Shown here: one piece after another, positions 39,523 through 50,489 of the stretch
Position numbering within the stretch: the stretch's first letter is position 1
Layout of the letters: each line of letters begins with the position of its first letter
Assembly (NCBI GenBank): GCA_048938105.1
Contig: JBHLMN010000001.1
Span: 288,001-352,000, forward strand
Length of the DNA stretch: 64,000 nucleotides
Direction of reading: 5' to 3'
From: Promethearchaeota archaeon
GTDB lineage: Archaea > Asgardarchaeota > Heimdallarchaeia > Hodarchaeales > Hodarchaeaceae
Translations under genes and position numbers: made by a program
The notes under the pieces: generated by a model
Seen by the model: only the letters and a program-made list of their open reading frames with translations
What the model was told of the DNA's origin: nothing
Databases searched by the model: none

Positions 39523-41685
39523 TTAACTTGATCGAAGGCCTAATCTAGCAATAAATGTAGAATAATACGCAAAACAATCGACTGATTCTTTTTCATCTAA
39601 AGTGATTGAGGAATGGACAATCCTGTTTCTTAAATTTCGAAAACGAGCAATCTTTCTTTCACTCGGTAGGTCGAAACCCCATTTTCGAAGACTAGCAACT
39701 TGAAACTGAAAATCAGGTTTGGTATAAATAGGATCAGATATTAATTGTTGAAACCGAGTAGATAGAAGATTCTTGACTGCCGCATCAGCCTTAATCACAA
39801 ATAATTCATAATTATTCTCCTTAAAGGCATGTTTAGCTTGATTCCATAAAACTCGAACATAATTTATGTTTTTTAAGGCTTGATCGGCATCCAAAAACTT
39901 AGGAGGATATTCTTTAAGGGAAGTTTCCTGATAATTATGTATAATAAAATCCATCCTACTAATGACTTGGCTATAACTAATAAAAGTAGTGGCATTTATA
40001 AAAATCACGCCGATTGTAAGTAATGCTGTTGGAATTGCCAATACAATAAACAATATCGTGGGATTAGGAATATAAATTGGGAGAAGATGGATCGATAAAA
40101 CGTAATAACCCAGAATATTCAAAAGATCAAAAACTAGAAATCCAATAAAGACATAAAAAATCCACTCAACTTTTCGGCGTAATCGTTTTGATATCACAAG
40201 TGTTTCTGTTTCAGATGATTCCATGAAGCTAATTAATCCAAATGTTTTGAATGGGATACTGGCCACTCGGATTAGAATTGACTCGTTAGGAACCTCCTTA
40301 ACATTGAAGATTCCACGAAAACTATTGTCTAAATATTTATAAGTATCTTTCAAAGAAGCAGGAATAGTCCATTGATTAAGACGAAACCATTTTCCTTTTG
40401 AATCCAAATACATTAGATAAGCTGGCAATGCAGCCAGAATAATGATGCTAAGAATGATAGAGGGAAGAGGCCAAGTAAAGGGCTTCGGTAGCCGATATTC
40501 AAAATGAATGTAAAACAGTCCTTTAGTTTCTGTTTTTGGATAGATAATTAAATAATATTTTCCATCGTCCAACAACTTGGTAACATTAATCTCGCCATCT
40601 TGGGTTGATTGATACTCATATGCAGTATGAATTGGATCTTGAAGCCCCTTGTCTTTGATCTCGATCCATGCATAATCAAGGATTTTATTAATTGTTGGAT
40701 TTTCTGCAAAAACACGGATATTAACCTCTGATCTACTTGTATTCACCATAAACCAGAAATAATATTCTTTGGATATATAATTGTGAACCTCACGAACAGA
40801 AATAGTATGGTTATAAGGTATTTTTATTGCTGTAAGGTAATTAAAACAGTTATGATAAATGGAGGAGGAAATATTATATAATCCTGTATATTGTGTTTTG
40901 TGTGAGATTTCAATTATATAGTCATCTTGCTTAGGAGGATTCCAAGAAAAGTTATACAAACCTAATGTTTCGGAAAACTTTTCTTCTACCGTGGCAGGAT
41001 TTCCCTTTCCCTCTTCCTTTGGGTAAATTATTACTTCTGCTTCGTCAAGCACATTGGACGTTGATTCTTTTAAGAAAACTGTACAATTTTGGTTTTCATC
41101 CAATGAAACCTTCCAAAATTGTATTTCATGATCTATAGTGAAATTAGCAGTTATAAATGATTCACTGAGGGAGATCGCAGATTCAACGCTATATCCGATA
41201 CTAGGTAAACTAACCAATATTGTATAAGAAAAATCCCCACTTTTATCCACTCTAATATCGTTCACTTGTATTGTCCAGTTGCCTGTTCTTGGAGGAATCC
41301 AAGATCCCAAGAATTTATCAGAAGAGAAAGGATTTATTCTTTTTGATTCTAGTGTTTCTTGTATACCTAAAGGATCATAAAGTGTAACTTGAAAATCAGA
41401 TTTGGAGAATGGTGGATTAGGAGCGATCGAAAAATATACTATTTGTCTTAGATTTACAATATTAAGAGTCCAATTATGCTGCGATGACTCATTTGTGAAA
41501 TGCCGAGTCTGAGGAACTCCAGGCCTCAATACTGTTGTGTTTTGGAAATCTGATGACTGTTTCAAGTTATTAAGAGAGAACATAGAAGAAGAACTAGTAT
41601 GTACTGGAGAAAAATGGAAAATCAAGAAATTAAATGTAATAATTGCTACAAGAAGTACAACATGCTTTTTGGGTGTAACTTTCAT
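39523..41685 (-). CDS. Membrane protein with PPC-like ectodomain repeats and C-terminal HEPN domain
   Basis: Signal peptide, three beta-sandwich repeats with many N-x-S/T sequons, three TM helices, C-terminal AKHAFKENNYE...RNRIVH (Rx4H). Confidence 0.8.
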   Translation of the reverse strand: MKVTPKKHVVLLVAIITFNFLIFHFSPVHTSSSSMFSLNNLKQSSDFQNTTVLRPGVPQTRHFTNESSQHNWTLNIVNLRQIVYFSIAPNPPFSKSDFQVTLYDPLGIQETLESKRINPFSSDKFLGSWIPPRTGNWTIQVNDIRVDKSGDFSYTILVSLPSIGYSVESAISLSESFITANFTIDHEIQFWKVSLDENQNCTVFLKESTSNVLDEAEVIIYPKEEGKGNPATVEEKFSETLGLYNFSWNPPKQDDYIIEISHKTQYTGLYNISSSIYHNCFNYLTAIKIPYNHTISVREVHNYISKEYYFWFMVNTSRSEVNIRVFAENPTINKILDYAWIEIKDKGLQDPIHTAYEYQSTQDGEINVTKLLDDGKYYLIIYPKTETKGLFYIHFEYRLPKPFTWPLPSIILSIIILAALPAYLMYLDSKGKWFRLNQWTIPASLKDTYKYLDNSFRGIFNVKEVPNESILIRVASIPFKTFGLISFMESSETETLVISKRLRRKVEWIFYVFIGFLVFDLLNILGYYVLSIHLLPIYIPNPTILFIVLAIPTALLTIGVIFINATTFISYSQVISRMDFIIHNYQETSLKEYPPKFLDADQALKNINYVRVLWNQAKHAFKENNYELFVIKADAAVKNLLSTRFQQLISDPIYTKPDFQFQVASLRKWGFDLPSERKIARFRNLRNRIVHSSITLDEKESVDCFAYYSTFIARLGLRSS

Positions 41686-41981
41686 TAGTTAAACTTCATA
41701 AAAATGAGTCATATGATATTTATTAAATTAATGTGAATTTCAAGTTACCATATATCTTTCTAGTAACCTATTTGAGGCAGATAATTCCATTGAATAAATC
41801 TGTTATTAAGTACTGAATGATGATCTTTTATATATTAATGGTAAATAAGAATCATTTCTTTTTGATTAAGTTTATTATTAAGTTTGGAGAAATTATAAAT
41901 AATGGCCTCGAATAGAGCTTACCTTTATTAATTCCTCTATTTGAAGAATTCTGGTATCAAACGTTCAGGTTTGGAAATATA

Positions 41982-42623
41982 TTGAATCAAAGTGTTCGGA
42001 TTTTCAAGAAGCGCCTTCAAATTTCCCAGAAAAAGTGGAACACAGTTCAGGGCCATTCATTAAGAACAGTAAATACCATTTTAACCATTCTTTCAAGATT
42101 AAATTTGACTCAACGTCCCGATGCTTTCTCAAAAGCGCTATTAACCAGATTTACTGATATTCCAGAACGTTTAGCCTATCATCTTGCTGAATTGATAAAT
42201 AAAAGTATTACAGAGCTATATTCTTACATTGAACAATTCTCTGATATTGTTCGTGAAATGAGAAAAATCGAGAAAATTTTTCGGTTAGATTTCTCTCTAA
42301 TGGCAAAGAAACATGTGACAAAAAGAAATGAAGCATGGCCTCATGATCTTGAGATCATAGAACAAGCTGAAAGGACTATCCAAGAAATTGTTGATATGTA
42401 TGAGACTGAGCTCACACTTAGAAAGCAACTAATAAATGAAATACAGGAATCAGTCTGTTTACAACCCTTAAAGATCACAGTTTACTTGGTTCTTTGGACA
42501 TCAGAAGTGTATATTGAGCCGACCAGGATTCATGAGCTCATTGAGGAATTTACACATGTTGAAAAGGTTTATGAACGTGTGTCTCAACAAGAATCTTATA
42601 ATTCTCTTCCAAAATCTCGCTGA
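41982..42623 (+). CDS. CINP/C1orf109-like helical protein
   Basis: KKWNTVQ, FTDIPERL, WP, MYETELTLRKQLINEI, YLVLWTSEVYIE match remembered CINP/C1orf109 patterns. Confidence 0.7.
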   Translation: MNQSVRIFKKRLQISQKKWNTVQGHSLRTVNTILTILSRLNLTQRPDAFSKALLTRFTDIPERLAYHLAELINKSITELYSYIEQFSDIVREMRKIEKIFRLDFSLMAKKHVTKRNEAWPHDLEIIEQAERTIQEIVDMYETELTLRKQLINEIQESVCLQPLKITVYLVLWTSEVYIEPTRIHELIEEFTHVEKVYERVSQQESYNSLPKSR

Positions 42624-42664
42624 TCTAATTTTCTAAGTACTAAAAGAATGGCTTATAGAATTCT

Positions 42665-44098
42665 CTAACTTGCATGGAAATTTGCTGACTTCAGAATTTT
42701 ATCAATTGATCCATTGCGAAATCCACGAACTAATAATCCCTGAATCTTATCGTTAACAGCGTACTCAGGTTCACCATTCTCTAAAAATTTCCTTACTAAA
42801 TTCATTGAAACCGTTAAGTTATCTCGAGCAGTTTTTTCTAAACCAGCTGAATATATAGCTACACCTCTTAATTGAGAATTTTGTGGCCCTACTTGTGAAA
42901 TAAAGACACATCGTTTGTCTCCTGCAGTTAAATGGTCAGGTGTATGTCCAATTAAGTCAGAGCTCATTGACTGAATAGCAGAGAATAGACCTGTATACAA
43001 ACAGACTTCTTGACCAGCTGGACGGTGACTTGCAAATAAAGGAAGACCACCATCATCGAAAATATAGATCTCCGAATCTGAGAATATCCTGTTCAAAACG
43101 TTAAAACGTTCATCCTCTTCAGAGGAATCTGATAGTATTGCGTCTGTAAAATTTCTTTTGATTGAAGTTTCACATGAAGCAAGTGCTGGAGTAACAGAAG
43201 TTAGAAAATCAGTTGAGGCAAAACTGGGTACAATATTTCCTATTGGATTAGAATCTGTCAGAAAAATTACCACATTATACCCTGAAATGTAAGGGTTGAC
43301 AATATTAGAAAAAATAATCTCAATTTCTTTTCCAAATGTTTTTGCTATTTGTTTGGATGTATTATTCATTACTTTAAGACTAAGAGATTTAACTGAAGTC
43401 ACAGATATAAATATCATCTCTAAACTTTCAAGTTTTTCAGGGATTGTGGCGACTAATCTCTCACCAACCTGGTTAATAACTTCTTCTATTGCATCTTCTA
43501 AGATTGTTGAAGATGAAATTCCATAGTACATACATTTAGATTCACCAAAAATACGAATTAAATTGGAGAATGAAACTCCAAATCCAGGGGATGGAGTAAG
43601 ACTTGAAATTAGGGTATCTAATAAAACAAGAAATTTCCATCTACCTTTTTCAAGATTACAATCAAAATGAAAATAACATTCACCAAATATCTCCCTTTGA
43701 CAGGAGTTTAATCCTGTTCCTGTATCAATGAAAATAGGAACGGTTCCAGAAAATTCTATAGAAGCTAGAATGGCTCCTAAAGCCCTGAAAACTTCCTTTT
43801 CAGAAGAATTAAAAATAAATATTAAAAAATAGGCATTTAAAAGGCTGTAGATCTGTGGTATCATCGTTTCGGAGTCAAAACTGACTACTTGATCACAGAT
43901 ATCAGGAGTGATTGGTGTCCCAGTTGTTATAAGCAGTAGAGGTAAGCGAGACTCACTTTTTGTAGTTAAATAATCATTTAGAAGTTGTAATTCAGCTGTC
44001 AGATCATTTCCAATACATATGATTTTCCCACGTGGCCGAAAATACTCCAATATTGAATTTTTATCAGATTGTGAGCTCAAAGCTAATATCTCTTGCAT
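42665..44098 (-). CDS. Degenerate FtsZ/tubulin-like domain fused to C-terminal longin domain
   Basis: PGFGVSFSNLIRIF..MYYG, IFISVTSVKSLSL, IIFSNIVNP..YNVVIFLT follow the FtsZ C-domain; longin EIYIFDDGGLPLF...LYTGLFSAIQSM; no GGGTG motif. Confidence 0.65.
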   Translation of the reverse strand: MQEILALSSQSDKNSILEYFRPRGKIICIGNDLTAELQLLNDYLTTKSESRLPLLLITTGTPITPDICDQVVSFDSETMIPQIYSLLNAYFLIFIFNSSEKEVFRALGAILASIEFSGTVPIFIDTGTGLNSCQREIFGECYFHFDCNLEKGRWKFLVLLDTLISSLTPSPGFGVSFSNLIRIFGESKCMYYGISSSTILEDAIEEVINQVGERLVATIPEKLESLEMIFISVTSVKSLSLKVMNNTSKQIAKTFGKEIEIIFSNIVNPYISGYNVVIFLTDSNPIGNIVPSFASTDFLTSVTPALASCETSIKRNFTDAILSDSSEEDERFNVLNRIFSDSEIYIFDDGGLPLFASHRPAGQEVCLYTGLFSAIQSMSSDLIGHTPDHLTAGDKRCVFISQVGPQNSQLRGVAIYSAGLEKTARDNLTVSMNLVRKFLENGEPEYAVNDKIQGLLVRGFRNGSIDKILKSANFHAS

Positions 44099-44383
44099 TT
44101 TATGAATTAGAATACCCTTTCTGATACTATTTTGGAGAAGGGGAATTTCAGATGACAGGTGATCTCAATCTAAAACAAACTCTTCAATAACCATATTATG
44201 TGGAAAATATTCTAAATGACTTTCAAAGGAAGATTGAACAGCTCCTCATAACATAACTAATTGACATCCTCACTGATTTAAAAGAATAGAGAATTAAGAA
44301 AACAATAATTCATTTTTGAAATATTGAATAGATTAATTCATATAGCAATCTTATTCCTCCCTGAGTAAATTTGGTAGATCATA

Positions 44384-46309
44384 ATGACATTTGAAATCAA
44401 AAAATGTGAAGGTTGGGGACGATTGGGACTAGCTTTTGGAAAAGAAGGTTTTATCACACCAAATATAGTTAGACCTTGCTTTTTTAACAATAATTCTTTT
44501 TTTCAACAAACTTCTCTCTTTAACTTTTCAAAATGTCAGGAGAATAAAATTTCTCTGACTTCTAAAAATGATAAGTTAAAAGATAATGTAGATTTCGACT
44601 ATTTCCCTTCATGTTTCATATATCCTTCTTTACAAATGCAAGGAAAGTCTTTGGAGGAGCTTTCTAGTTTTGATGATTTGTTCCCCGTGAACATTACCAA
44701 AAGATCTCACTCAAAAGCATCTTATCACCTTATCCCATGGGATTTACCCACGATATTTTTGAATCGATATGATAAATACTTACAAGCTCTTAATACCCTT
44801 GAAATACCAGAGTTAGGCGAAAAAACGAGATTAATGTTAAATGTCCCATTTACACCTGAAATCCTTGAAACTGAACTCCCACCTCTAGGTTCTTCTGCAA
44901 TTTCAGTGGTAAGTTTAGGAGATATATCATCATTACTAACACATCCGCCACTTTTAATACGATATTTGGTTCATATAAAGTCATGGTTATCCCCTAATAA
45001 GATGTTATACGCTCCTGCAGTTCCTTCAAGTTTTATTCCAATTTTAGTGTACTTAGGTATTGATTTATTTGACTTATTAATTACAGATATGTACTCGACA
45101 AACCCATTTCAAGAATTTAATTTGATTTTCGAACAGAATACGACTAGGAAGTTTTTTTTACAAGTTCTTCATTTCACTAGAGAAGCCATAGAAACAAACA
45201 AATTGAGGGATTTAACAAGGATTTTCGCAAATTCCTTTCCTTATTTAAAGGTATTATTAAGAATAAGTGATAAACAGATTCCACTTGAAAAAGGAACTCC
45301 TCTTTACGGATCTCGAACCCTTTACTGCACTGATGAAACTGATTTCACCCGTCCAGAGGTGACACGATTTCGTGAAAGGGTAAGAACTCGTTATAGCCCA
45401 CCTTCTCACACTACTGGGATTATCTTCCTCCCTTGCTCAGCTAAGAAGCCGTATTCACGATCGAAATCACATCAGATTTTTAGAAAAGTAATCCGTCGAA
45501 ATTTAAAGGGAAAACGTTTCTCAGTTGGAGAAGTAATCCTGACAAGCCCCTTAGGTGTTGTACCACGAAACCTTGAGTACTCTTTTCCAGCAGCTCATTA
45601 TGATATTCCAGTTACAGGAGAATGGAGTCAAATTGAGAAAAACCATTTAAAAAAAGATCTTGTATCTTTTTTGGACAAAGTCAAATCATCTATTCCGCTT
45701 GTGGGTTATGTTAAAGGAATAGAACGTGAGATACTAAAGAAAGTATGTAACCAGCTCAATCGTTTGATATACCTTTTACCTCAAGATGTAACATCGTTAT
45801 CTTCGAAAGAATCTCTCGAAGAATTCTCAGCCATTCTTCAAGAGGTTTCACTTAAGATTTCCTACAAGCCAAAAATTCCTAACCGACTCGTGTTTCTTAG
45901 AACAATTGCTGATTTCCAATTTGGGAAAGGGATTGGGTCAGTTCTCATTCCGGATCATGTTAAAATATATGGTCGAAAAGAACTTGGAATTAGAGTTCAA
46001 CTTAATAACAGACATCACCTCACATTTCGTCCAGAAACAGGTTATCTAACTTTATCTCTGACCGCAGGAAAGTTGTTATTAAACCACAGTAACAATTTAG
46101 TAACATTTGATGGTCAGAAAATCATTGGTTCTACAATATTCTCAAAAGCCATAATCAAGGCAGATCCAGAGATACGTCCAAATGATGAAGTTCTTATTAT
46201 AGATAGAAATGGGGAATTATTGGCTGTTGGTGTAGCACACCTACCAGGAAATCTTTTAGTTGAAATGAAAAGAGGTAAAGGGGTTACTATTCGTCAAAAG
46301 GTGAAGTAA
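44384..46309 (+). CDS. arcS: Archaeosine synthase subunit ArcS (TgtA2) with PUA domain
   Basis: LPCSAKKPYSRSKSH, TSPLGVVPR, PAAHYDIPVTGEW, ADFQFG, C-terminal PUA. Confidence 0.92.
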   Translation: MTFEIKKCEGWGRLGLAFGKEGFITPNIVRPCFFNNNSFFQQTSLFNFSKCQENKISLTSKNDKLKDNVDFDYFPSCFIYPSLQMQGKSLEELSSFDDLFPVNITKRSHSKASYHLIPWDLPTIFLNRYDKYLQALNTLEIPELGEKTRLMLNVPFTPEILETELPPLGSSAISVVSLGDISSLLTHPPLLIRYLVHIKSWLSPNKMLYAPAVPSSFIPILVYLGIDLFDLLITDMYSTNPFQEFNLIFEQNTTRKFFLQVLHFTREAIETNKLRDLTRIFANSFPYLKVLLRISDKQIPLEKGTPLYGSRTLYCTDETDFTRPEVTRFRERVRTRYSPPSHTTGIIFLPCSAKKPYSRSKSHQIFRKVIRRNLKGKRFSVGEVILTSPLGVVPRNLEYSFPAAHYDIPVTGEWSQIEKNHLKKDLVSFLDKVKSSIPLVGYVKGIEREILKKVCNQLNRLIYLLPQDVTSLSSKESLEEFSAILQEVSLKISYKPKIPNRLVFLRTIADFQFGKGIGSVLIPDHVKIYGRKELGIRVQLNNRHHLTFRPETGYLTLSLTAGKLLLNHSNNLVTFDGQKIIGSTIFSKAIIKADPEIRPNDEVLIIDRNGELLAVGVAHLPGNLLVEMKRGKGVTIRQKVK

Positions 46310-46310
46310 A

Positions 46311-47408
46311 TTGCCTCAACGAAGAAACACACTACTAGCCTCAAGGATTTTCAATCTACGTCAAGAATACCTCAATAAACGTGCTCCAGATTTTCAAGCA
46401 AAAATATGGAGTAGTACAATCGAAACGAAAGAAAGTATTGTAATAACTATAGTAATCCCAACACGAGGATGTAGTTGGGCTCTTTCAGAGAGCGGAGGAT
46501 GTTCAGTCTGTGGTTATGTGAATGATTCCTCTTATAATCAACCTATCCCAACCCAAAAAATTCTAGACACAATTGATCATTCTTTAAATCAGGTTGACTC
46601 TGAAAAACCCATTGAATTTAAGCTATATAATTCAGGGAGTTTTTTTGATGAAAAAGATGTTCCACAGAGATTACGCTCACAGATTATCGATCTTATAAGA
46701 AATAGAAATGAAATTATTAAATTCGGTGTTGAATGTAGGCCAGAATATCTCATAACTAATCAAATAGTTGTTAAAGAAACAAAAAAAATACTAGAACCCA
46801 TTAAACTAGAAATCGGAGTAGGTCTTGAAAGCTCGAACAATACTATTATAACAGACTGTTGGAATAAAGGATTTTCTATTGAAGATTATAAAAAAAGCGT
46901 ACAAATACTTCGAGCACTAGATGTCCGAATTAAAAGCTATATTTTTATAAAGCCTCCCTTTTTAACTGAGGCAGAGGCAATTATTGATGCAATAAAGACA
47001 GCTCATGACGCAGTGAGATTTGGAACTGATGTGATTTCATTTAATCCTTGTAATGTTCAAAATGGAACACTTGTCAACCTTTTACAAAAACAAGATCGTT
47101 ATCAACCTCCTTGGTTATGGTCTGTGTTATATATTGTAAAAATTATTAGACAGGATTTTCCAGATCTTGAAATTATTTGTGAACCTACCGCAGCAGGAAA
47201 AAAAAGAGGAACACATAACTGTGGGAAATGTGATACGAGAGTTTCTGATCTTATTTCTAAAGTTATTAATAAAGAACAGATAAATGAAAATCTATCTACA
47301 ATCTGTTCTTGTTTTCTAACCTGGAAATTATTAGTGGAAACACCCATAGAAGTGTTTAGATCAAGAAATCTATCGAAACTGCGACAATTGAATCCATTAA
47401 ATGAATGA
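46311..47408 (+). CDS. Radical SAM enzyme RaSEA for archaeosine synthesis
   Basis: TRGCSWA...GGCSVCGY, YNSGSFFD, ECRPE, KPPFLTE, YQPPWLWS, RGTHNCGKCD; abuts arcS. Confidence 0.92.
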   Translation: MPQRRNTLLASRIFNLRQEYLNKRAPDFQAKIWSSTIETKESIVITIVIPTRGCSWALSESGGCSVCGYVNDSSYNQPIPTQKILDTIDHSLNQVDSEKPIEFKLYNSGSFFDEKDVPQRLRSQIIDLIRNRNEIIKFGVECRPEYLITNQIVVKETKKILEPIKLEIGVGLESSNNTIITDCWNKGFSIEDYKKSVQILRALDVRIKSYIFIKPPFLTEAEAIIDAIKTAHDAVRFGTDVISFNPCNVQNGTLVNLLQKQDRYQPPWLWSVLYIVKIIRQDFPDLEIICEPTAAGKKRGTHNCGKCDTRVSDLISKVINKEQINENLSTICSCFLTWKLLVETPIEVFRSRNLSKLRQLNPLNE

Positions 47409-47443
47409 TTGTGATTCTTAGATAAAATTTTGCTAATTAAAAG

Positions 47444-48601
47444 TTATTTGGATGATGAAAGATACTTTATTAATTCTTCACTGTCTTTAAAGACGTATTT
47501 TTTATCTATTGTCTTGCTAAGCTCTTCTAATAATTTTTTCGAGGATTTGGATAATTTTGAGGGAAATTTCACCACAATTCTGATGTGCATGTCACCTTTA
47601 TGAGAACTATTTGGATATGGAGCTCCTTTATTACGAAGAGTAATTATTTTTCCCGACTCCGTACCAGGTTTGATGTTTATTGTTTCTTTTCCGTCAATGG
47701 TAGGGACTTCAACCTTTGTACCTAATATTGCATCAATAAAACTAATAGGATATTCTAAAAGGATATCAGCGCCATTTCTTCGGAAAAATGGATGAGGTTC
47801 TACTGAAAGGACTACAAACAGATCGCCAGGTGGTCCTCCTAACTCTCCTGGCCGACCTTCACCTTGAATTACAACCCTCATACCATCATCAACTCCAGCT
47901 GGAATTTCAGCACTGACTGATCGATATTGTTTGACTTGGCCCAAACCTCCACAAACCTCACATTCTGCGCCTTTAGGTAATCTTTTCCCCTCTCCATGGC
48001 ATTGCGGACAGGTAGAAATATTAACAATTTGTCCAAATGCTGAACGTTGAATTCGGCGGATTTCCCCAGTTCCCTGACATGTCTTGCAATCTTTCATTGA
48101 TTCTCCTTGTTTTACTTTCGATCCATGACAAGTTGGGCATTGTGCCCAATTAGGAACTCGTATCTTCTTTTTGAGTCCTCTCATTGCCTCATCAAAGGAT
48201 AGATCAAGGTTCAACCGTACATCTTGTCCTCTTCGAGCTCTAGGTCGTGATGTTCGTGCCCGAGAACCTCCGCCGAATGCACTGAAGAGATCACCAAAGA
48301 TGCCAAATCCACTGAAGAGATCCTCGAAACCCATTCCAGAAAAATTCCGGAATTGCGTTCCTGATAATCCAGCATGGCCAAATTGATCATATGTAGCCCT
48401 TTTATCCTTGTCTGATAGAATTTCAAACGCTTCAGCCGCTTCTTTGAATTTTTCTTCCGCATTAGGGTCATCAGGCTTCATATCAGGATGATATTTCCTA
48501 GCAAGTCCGCGAAAAGCCTTCTTTATGGTTTTAAGATCTGCGTCTCTCGATACACCTAAAACTTCATAATAGTCTTTTTTTTCTTCGCTCAGAAACTTCA
48601 C
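47444..48601 (-). CDS. dnaJ: Chaperone DnaJ
   Basis: J-domain with HPD, G/F region, four CxxCxGxG-type repeats. Confidence 0.97.
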   Translation of the reverse strand: MKFLSEEKKDYYEVLGVSRDADLKTIKKAFRGLARKYHPDMKPDDPNAEEKFKEAAEAFEILSDKDKRATYDQFGHAGLSGTQFRNFSGMGFEDLFSGFGIFGDLFSAFGGGSRARTSRPRARRGQDVRLNLDLSFDEAMRGLKKKIRVPNWAQCPTCHGSKVKQGESMKDCKTCQGTGEIRRIQRSAFGQIVNISTCPQCHGEGKRLPKGAECEVCGGLGQVKQYRSVSAEIPAGVDDGMRVVIQGEGRPGELGGPPGDLFVVLSVEPHPFFRRNGADILLEYPISFIDAILGTKVEVPTIDGKETINIKPGTESGKIITLRNKGAPYPNSSHKGDMHIRIVVKFPSKLSKSSKKLLEELSKTIDKKYVFKDSEELIKYLSSSK

Positions 48602-48634
48602 CTATCTTCGATGTTTAATTTTAGAAATCTCTCT

Positions 48635-50488
48635 TCAATCATCGTCAACAATTTCGTAATCTACATCGACAACTTCAGATTCATCAGCTCCACCCCTTGC
48701 GCCTTGGAATCCAGCTCCAGCTGACTGTTGTGCTTGTGCTTGAGCCTGTTGTGCTGCTTGCGCCGCATAGAGTTTCTGAGCCAATTCATGGGTAATTTTC
48801 TCTAATTCTTCACTTTTATTTTTAATATCTTCGATTGTACCGCTTTTGATAGTAGTTTTCAGCTCTTCAATTTGCTTTTCAGCTCTTGATTTCAGATTTG
48901 GGTCAATTTTATCTCCTAAGTCTTTGATTAACTTCTCGGATTGATAAACTAAAGAATCAGCTTTATTACGAGTCTCGGCTTCTTCAAGTCGTTTAGCATC
49001 CTCAGCTTCATACTTTGCTGCTTCATCCACCATTCGTTGGAAATCACTTTCAGAAAGCCCGCTATCACTCTTAATAGTAACTTTTTGTTCATTTCCAGTT
49101 CCTAAATCTTTAGCAGAGACATTAACAATTCCATTTGCATCAATATCGAAGGTTACTTCAATTTGGGGAATCCCACGAGGAGCAGGGGGAATTCCAACTA
49201 ATTGAAATCGACCTAATGTTATATTATCTGCTGCCATCTTACGTTCACCCTGCAACACGTGAACTTCAACAGATGGTTGATTATCTGCTGCTGTGGAAAA
49301 TATTTGACTTTTCTTTGTGGGTATAGTAGTATTTCTTTCAATTAATTGAGTAAACACTCCTCCTAAGGTCTCTATCCCTAATGATAATGGTGTAACATCT
49401 AGTAGTAGCACATCTTTCACATCACCCACCAGAATAGCAGCTTGAACAGCAGCTCCTAAGGCTACACATTCGTCTGGGTTAATTTCTCTTGTTAAATCTT
49501 TATTGAAGAAGCTTTTTAATGCTGATTGAACAGCCGGTACCCTAGTTGATCCACCTACCAATAAAATTTTATCAATATCTGAAGGCTGCAGTTTTGCATC
49601 AGACATTGCTTGTCGCGTAGGACCCATGGCTGCTTCAATCAGATCAGCTATCATTATCTCGAATTTAGAACGTGATAACGTAAGATTAAGATGTTTTGGT
49701 CCGGTGTTATCAGCATAAATATATGGTAAATTAATATCTGCTGATGTTTTTTGTGATAATTCTATTTTAGCTTGTTCTGCAGCATCTTTCAGACGTTGCA
49801 TTGCCATTGGATCATTAGAAAGATCTAATCCTGTATCTTTCTTGAATTCTTCAATCATCCAATCCATAATTCTTTGATCAAAATCGTCCCCACCAAGACG
49901 ATTGTTTCCTGAAGTGGCCTTAACCTCAAAGACTCCTTCTGATAACTCTAAAATGGAAACATCAAACGTACCTCCTCCTAAGTCAAAAACTAGGACAGTT
50001 TGTTCTTCTTCTTTATCAAGTCCATATGCTAACGAAGCACTTGTTGGTTCATTAATAATTCGTAATACTTCCAGTCCTGCAATTCGTCCTGCGTCTTTAG
50101 TAGCTTGTCGTTGTGCATCAGAGAAATAAGCAGGGACAGTTATCACAGCCTGTTTTATGGGTTCACCTAAATATGCTTCAGCATCACGTTTTAACTTCTG
50201 AAGGATCATGGCACTAATTTCAGGTGGTTTGTAAACCTTTCCATCTATCGTAACTGTATAATTAGTACCCATTTCTCTCTTTATTGATCTGATAGTACGT
50301 TCTGGGTTTGAAACAGCTTGCCTTCTAGCTAAAATACCGACAACTCTTTCTCCTTCTTTTGTGATTGTAACCACAGAGGGAGTTATTCTCTGTCCTTCAG
50401 CATTTGGAATGATTTTTGCTTTACCACCTTCCATGGTAGCAATACCAGAAAATGTGGTTCCTAAATCTATACCGATTGGTCTTGGCAT
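48635..50488 (-). CDS. dnaK: Chaperone DnaK
   Basis: [29 protein letters not shown]; probable start ATG 50488. Confidence 0.98.
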   Translation of the reverse strand: MPRPIGIDLGTTFSGIATMEGGKAKIIPNAEGQRITPSVVTITKEGERVVGILARRQAVSNPERTIRSIKREMGTNYTVTIDGKVYKPPEISAMILQKLKRDAEAYLGEPIKQAVITVPAYFSDAQRQATKDAGRIAGLEVLRIINEPTSASLAYGLDKEEEQTVLVFDLGGGTFDVSILELSEGVFEVKATSGNNRLGGDDFDQRIMDWMIEEFKKDTGLDLSNDPMAMQRLKDAAEQAKIELSQKTSADINLPYIYADNTGPKHLNLTLSRSKFEIMIADLIEAAMGPTRQAMSDAKLQPSDIDKILLVGGSTRVPAVQSALKSFFNKDLTREINPDECVALGAAVQAAILVGDVKDVLLLDVTPLSLGIETLGGVFTQLIERNTTIPTKKSQIFSTAADNQPSVEVHVLQGERKMAADNITLGRFQLVGIPPAPRGIPQIEVTFDIDANGIVNVSAKDLGTGNEQKVTIKSDSGLSESDFQRMVDEAAKYEAEDAKRLEEAETRNKADSLVYQSEKLIKDLGDKIDPNLKSRAEKQIEELKTTIKSGTIEDIKNKSEELEKITHELAQKLYAAQAAQQAQAQAQQSAGAGFQGARGGADESEVVDVDYEIVDDD

Positions 50489-50489
50489 C

